Both the position numbers and the translations under genes were made by a program. From positions 1 through 29,882 of the forward strand of contig PLND01000031.1 of assembly GCA_003141675.1 (NCBI GenBank): a DNA stretch of 29,882 bases. Direction: 5' to 3'. The notes below the pieces were generated by a model. That model was not told the DNA's origin, made no database searches, and saw only the letters and a list, made by a program, of their open reading frames with translations. Positions within the stretch are counted from its first letter, which is position 1; each line of letters opens with the position of its first letter. Source of the stretch: Anaerolineae bacterium. GTDB taxonomy: Bacteria; Chloroflexota; Anaerolineae; Anaerolineales; RBG-16-64-43. Shown here in pieces: positions 26,611 through 29,882 of this stretch.

Positions 26611-26702
26611 GTAAACTGATTGGAATTCTACCGGGGGCTTCCCGAGCGGTCAAGATTTTCCTGACCAACGCCTGGCGAAGCGAAAAAACCTGCTTCCCAA
26701 GG

Positions 26703-26775
26703 TGAGCCGTGAGCGACTCGAACGCTCAACCAAGTGCTTAAAAGGCACCTGCTCTGCCACTTGAGCTAACGGCCC
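26703..26775 (-). tRNA. tRNA-Lys (anticodon UUU)
   Basis: Cloverleaf: acceptor GGGCCGU/ACGGCUC, anticodon stem GGUGC/GCACU with loop CUUUUAA, T-arm GAGCG-UUCGAGU-CGCUC, discriminator A. Confidence 0.85.
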
Positions 26776-26785
26776 AGGTCGGGGC

Positions 26786-26815
26786 ATTCTATCATGAGGA
26801 AAGAGCGGAAGTCAA
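26786..26815 (-). promoter_or_regulatory. Promoter for the tRNA-Lys / tRNA-Met operon: TTGACT, 18 nt, TAGAAT
   Basis: The -35 is at 26810-26815 and the -10 at 26786-26791 (minus strand). The -10 ends about 10 nt before the tRNA-Lys 5' end. Confidence 0.5.
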
Positions 26816-26861
26816 AGCGGAACAGTTTTTCCAATCATCATTTTCTTCGGAGATCGCTGCC

Positions 26862-27518
26862 TCATTCTGCGATATGCGTGTGGTCGATGTGCGCAAAGAA
26901 TTCGTTGCGGGTGTTGAGGTTCTCCTTGAAAGAACCTCGGACAGCGCTGGTAATCATGCGCGCGTTGGCTTTTTTCACGCCGCGGATGGCCATGCACAAA
27001 TGCAGCGCTTCCACCACAACGCCCACGCCGCGGGGTTGCAGCGTTTCCTCCAAAAAGGCCGCGATCTGCTGGGTCATGCGTTCCTGTAACTGAAGCCGGC
27101 GGGCGAACATTTCCACCACGCGCGGGATCTTCGAGAGCCCGATGACCTTTCCGTTGGGGATGTAGGCCACGTGGGCCTTTCCCAGAAACGGGAGTAGATG
27201 GTGTTCGCACAAACTGGCAAAATCAATATCCCGTACAACCACCATCTGGTCGTAATCCACCGCAAACACGGCCTCGTTAACCAATTTAACCGGGTCCACG
27301 TTGTAGCCCGCGGTCATTTCCTCGTACATCCGCGCCACCCGCAGCGGCGTGCGCTGCAGACCCTCGCGCTTGACGTCTTCGCCGATGGCTTCCAGGATAG
27401 AGCGCACGGCGCATTCGATGTCATCTTCGCAGCCCTGGCTCGTCCGGTCGGAAATGTCGTCGCGGAAAATGTCGAACTCGGAAGGATTGGTTTGCATCTT
27501 GGGCATGGTGTTCTCCAT
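26862..27518 (-). CDS. folE: GTP cyclohydrolase I
   Basis: CEHHLLPF active-site motif. [14 protein letters not shown]. 218 aa. Confidence 0.9.
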   Translation of the reverse strand: MENTMPKMQTNPSEFDIFRDDISDRTSQGCEDDIECAVRSILEAIGEDVKREGLQRTPLRVARMYEEMTAGYNVDPVKLVNEAVFAVDYDQMVVVRDIDFASLCEHHLLPFLGKAHVAYIPNGKVIGLSKIPRVVEMFARRLQLQERMTQQIAAFLEETLQPRGVGVVVEALHLCMAIRGVKKANARMITSAVRGSFKENLNTRNEFFAHIDHTHIAE

Positions 27519-27546
27519 GAAGAAAACGGATGAGTACGGCCGGAAT

Positions 27547-28083
27547 TTACCGCTTCACAGGCCGGCCGGCAGGCAGCGCCGGCAGCAAGAGGATTTCCTC
27601 ACGGCGGCGGATGGCTCCGTCGCGCAGCCGGTCGGCGATGACCCGCAATGGTTCGCCGGTTTCGGGATGAATTTTATCCGGCGAGATCTCGGCCAGCGGC
27701 AGCGCGGCGTAGGCTCGATTGAGGATATCGGGGTGGGGCAGTCTTCGCCCGGAGGAATCCTCCACGAGTTCGTCGTACATCGCCAGATCGATATCCATCG
27801 TCCGGGGGGCGAATTTATCCGCGGTGCGCACCCGTCCCAGCGATTGTTCGATGGGAGCGATGACATCGGCATAAATCTCCGCCGGAGATTTTGCCGTGCG
27901 GATCAGGATTGCCGCATTTAGGTAATCCGGCTGGTCGGATCCGTCGGAAGGCGGCGATTGCCACACGGATGAAACGGCGAGCAAGGTTTCCTGCCTGCCG
28001 ATCGAAGCCGCCGCGCGGGGCAAATTCACTTCCGGCCGGATGTTGGATCCGAGCAGCAACCAGGCCAGGTGATCAGCCACCAC
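27547..28083 (-). CDS. folK: 2-amino-4-hydroxy-6-hydroxymethyldihydropteridine pyrophosphokinase (HPPK)
   Basis: [15 protein letters not shown], and the [17 protein letters not shown] motifs. Confidence 0.85.
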   Translation of the reverse strand: MVADHLAWLLLGSNIRPEVNLPRAAASIGRQETLLAVSSVWQSPPSDGSDQPDYLNAAILIRTAKSPAEIYADVIAPIEQSLGRVRTADKFAPRTMDIDLAMYDELVEDSSGRRLPHPDILNRAYAALPLAEISPDKIHPETGEPLRVIADRLRDGAIRRREEILLLPALPAGRPVKR

Positions 28084-28435
28084 CCGCGCCCCGTTCGATC
28101 GTGACGCCCGCAGACCGCGCGAACCGCAGCGCGCCGGGTTTTTCCACCGTTACGCGCACGCGCTTCACGCGCGATTCCAGCAGGCACAGGCCGGCGACCT
28201 CTTCGGCGAAATGTTCCACCAGATGGAATTGCGAGCGCTCCGCCAGGGCGAGGATTTTTTTCGATATCAACCGGTAATTGACCGCGTCCGCCAGATCGTC
28301 CGATTTCCCCGGCGCCGACGTGTCGGTTTCCATCACAACGGAGATGAGAACATCCTGTTTGTCGCGCCGCTCCTCGTCACTCACTCCGAGTACAGTGCGA
28401 ACCAGAAGATCCTTGATGAACAGCGAATCCGTCAT
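28073..28435 (-). CDS. folB: Dihydroneopterin aldolase
   Basis: 120 aa, LFIKDLLVRTVLGVSDEER... It overlaps the folK start by 11 nt. Confidence 0.8.
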   Translation of the reverse strand: MTDSLFIKDLLVRTVLGVSDEERRDKQDVLISVVMETDTSAPGKSDDLADAVNYRLISKKILALAERSQFHLVEHFAEEVAGLCLLESRVKRVRVTVEKPGALRFARSAGVTIERGAGGG

Positions 28436-28453
28436 TCGCTCCCTCCCCGTTGC

Positions 28454-29182
28454 CTATAAATCCGAACCGCCGGAAATGTGCAAAATCTCACCGGTAACAT
28501 AAGGAGCAGCAAGCAGATACAGCACGCCGCCGACGATATCCTCCGGACTCCCGTGCCTGCCCAAGGGGATGCGGGATACCAACCGGTCGAGATAGTCCTC
28601 CCCCTGACCGGGTGGGGGAAGGATCGCTCCGGGCGCAACCGCGTTCACGCGGATTCCCGGAGCCAGGGATTTGGCCAGGTCACGGGTGAAGGCGATCAGC
28701 GCGATTTTGGAGAGCGAGTACGCAATGTACTTTGCGCCGGACCGGTCGGCGGTTGCATCCGTCAGGTTGATGATGTCGCCGGAATCCGTCTGAGCCGCAA
28801 ACGCCTTGCAAAGGAAAAACGGCGTACGCAGATTGATCGCGATTGTCTTTTCCCAGAGTTCGGGCGTGGTCTCCGCCAGCGTACCCGTCTCGAAAACGGC
28901 AGCCGAATTAATCAGGATGTCGGCCCTTCCAAAGAATGCGCCGGCCGCTTCCAGGATCTTCGCGGGGGAAGAAGGGTTTTGCAGGTCGGCTGAGACGGGC
29001 AGGCAACGCCTGCCCAGGGCGCGAATTTCCTCCGCCGTCCGCAGCGCGTCAGCCTCGGAGGAATGGTAGTGCAGGGCGATGTCGGCGCCGTGAGCGGCCA
29101 GCCCCAGGGCGATCGCGCGCCCAAGCCGGACCGCTGCTCCGGTGACGACGGCCGTGCGTCCGGAAAGCGGAAGATCAACCAT
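28454..29182 (-). CDS. SDR-family pteridine reductase-like oxidoreductase (PTR1/FolM-like)
   Basis: TAVVTGAAVRLGRAIALGL...IALHYHSS closely parallels the PTR1/FolM N-terminus (TGAAKRLG...LHYH). It carries the YxxxK catalytic motif (YSLSK) and is the first gene of the fol operon. Confidence 0.75.
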   Translation of the reverse strand: MVDLPLSGRTAVVTGAAVRLGRAIALGLAAHGADIALHYHSSEADALRTAEEIRALGRRCLPVSADLQNPSSPAKILEAAGAFFGRADILINSAAVFETGTLAETTPELWEKTIAINLRTPFFLCKAFAAQTDSGDIINLTDATADRSGAKYIAYSLSKIALIAFTRDLAKSLAPGIRVNAVAPGAILPPPGQGEDYLDRLVSRIPLGRHGSPEDIVGGVLYLLAAPYVTGEILHISGGSDL

Positions 29183-29392
29183 AGGGAAATTATATACCCG
29201 GCGGGTTTGAAGAAAAAATCATCAGCTTTCACGCCTTGGCGCCGTAGAATCGATTGACCGGCTTTCGGCAAGGTTGAAACAAATTTTTATCCCATGAGAA
29301 TTCACCGATCGAAATCTTTTTTCGATTCGGATGTCGGCATCCGATTTTTCATCCCTTGGTATAATTTGAGGAGATCATCCAAGGGAGGGACA

Positions 29393-29882
29393 ATGGCCAA
29401 ATCCAGCATGATTATGGCTCCGATCACGCTTATTCTGGTGATCATTACTTCGCTGCTGAATAATGTTTGTTGCGTCTGCAGCCCGATGGCCGCCGCGGTT
29501 CTCGGATTAATCGCCGGAGGCCTGTGCGTCCATTTTGAAAAACCGGCGGACGCGGAAAAATCCGCCGTCCGCGGGGCAGTCGCCGGGATGATTGCCGGGG
29601 CGGCGGCCCTAGTCGGAGAGACGATTGGCGGAACCATCATCATGCTTGTCGCCGGTTCCGGAAAGACCCCGGTGGCATGCCTGCCGGGTTTATGCGACCT
29701 GGCATCCGCACCGACGAGCCAAACGTCCTGGGTCCTCGGTTCATTTTTCTCTTCCTGTTTCTGCGGGCTGGTACTCTTGGCCATCATGGCCGGTCTGGGG
29801 GCGCTGGGGGGCAGGCTGTGGTTCTGGTATATCCACAGAAAAACAAACACTCCGCCTCCGGAGATAACCGCGCAACCGACGG
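29393..29882 (+). CDS. Gly/Ala-rich membrane protein, 3'-truncated by the window edge
   Basis: AAGGGAGGG SD 5 nt before the ATG at 29393. The product MAKSSMIMAPITLILVIITSLL...GLIAGGL...GMIAGAAALVGETIGGTIIMLVAGSG has TM-helix character. It is not in the ORF track because no stop falls within the window. It is preferred over the antisense ORF 29302..29850. Confidence 0.5.
   Translation, partial: MAKSSMIMAPITLILVIITSLLNNVCCVCSPMAAAVLGLIAGGLCVHFEKPADAEKSAVRGAVAGMIAGAAALVGETIGGTIIMLVAGSGKTPVACLPGLCDLASAPTSQTSWVLGSFFSSCFCGLVLLAIMAGLGALGGRLWFWYIHRKTNTPPPEITAQPT

Noticed and set aside
29302-29850. 182-aa minus-strand ORF at the window end
   Set aside because: The opposite strand has an excellent SD (AAGGGAGGG) and encodes a convincing Gly/Ala-rich membrane protein running off the window. 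The minus product is Pro/Ala/Thr-rich with no start signals.
1-29882. CRISPR arrays, rRNA genes, transposases/integrases
   Set aside because: There are no spaced direct-repeat arrays, no rRNA-like conserved segments, and no ORFs with transposase/integrase motifs in any frame.

Overview
This is a 29.9-kb window of GC-rich bacterial chromosome, roughly 60% GC by eye, with one clearly AT-richer stretch at about 12.9-14.8 kb. The gene content suggests a Chloroflexota-like organism, but that is only a guess. Both strands carry ordinary housekeeping and signalling genes. The main groups are listed below.

- **1-3.7 kb:** an FtsB/DivIC-like protein, a small beta-barrel protein, purU, a DUF1684 protein and a small membrane protein.
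- **4.1-7.2 kb:** a NarL-type two-component pair. The histidine kinase has a large polytopic N-terminal domain and a HisKA_3 core; the response regulator is LuxR-type.
- **7.4-9.7 kb:** two membrane proteins and a GT-B-like glycosyltransferase whose start overlaps the valS stop (ATGA).
- **9.7-12.5 kb:** valS, preceded by what looks like a T-box leader with an intrinsic terminator.
- **13.1-14.5 kb:** an AT-rich island holding a hypothetical protein and a DEDDy 3'-5' exonuclease.
- **14.9-19.0 kb:** a c-di-GMP neighbourhood: tandem HD / HD-GYP phosphodiesterase, a Pol-beta nucleotidyltransferase, a GYD protein and a membrane GGDEF cyclase with an RxxD I-site.
- **19.2-23.8 kb:** a UbiA prenyltransferase, tRNA-Val(CAC), a 714-aa flotillin/YqiK-like SPFH protein translationally coupled to a GNAT/FemAB-like protein, and a HAD phosphatase.
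- **24.8-26.8 kb:** a cupin, an SGNH/GDSL lipoprotein, and tRNA-Lys(UUU) plus tRNA-Met/Ile2(CAU) sharing a strong promoter.
- **26.9-29.2 kb:** a pterin/folate operon on the minus strand: pteridine reductase-like SDR, folB, folK, folE.
- **29.4 kb to the end:** a partial membrane protein.

Structure not explained by these genes includes two families of short repeats. One is a pair of perfect 19-20-bp polypyrimidine/polypurine GC palindromes. The other is a set of (R)GACCAT heptamer tandem arrays lying at 3' ends. I also noted a candidate leaderless transcript, a strongly SD-driven 11-codon mini-ORF, and a structured tRNA spacer. There is no CRISPR array, no rRNA and no recognisable transposase. 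All calls come from reading the sequence and motif memory; no database search was run.
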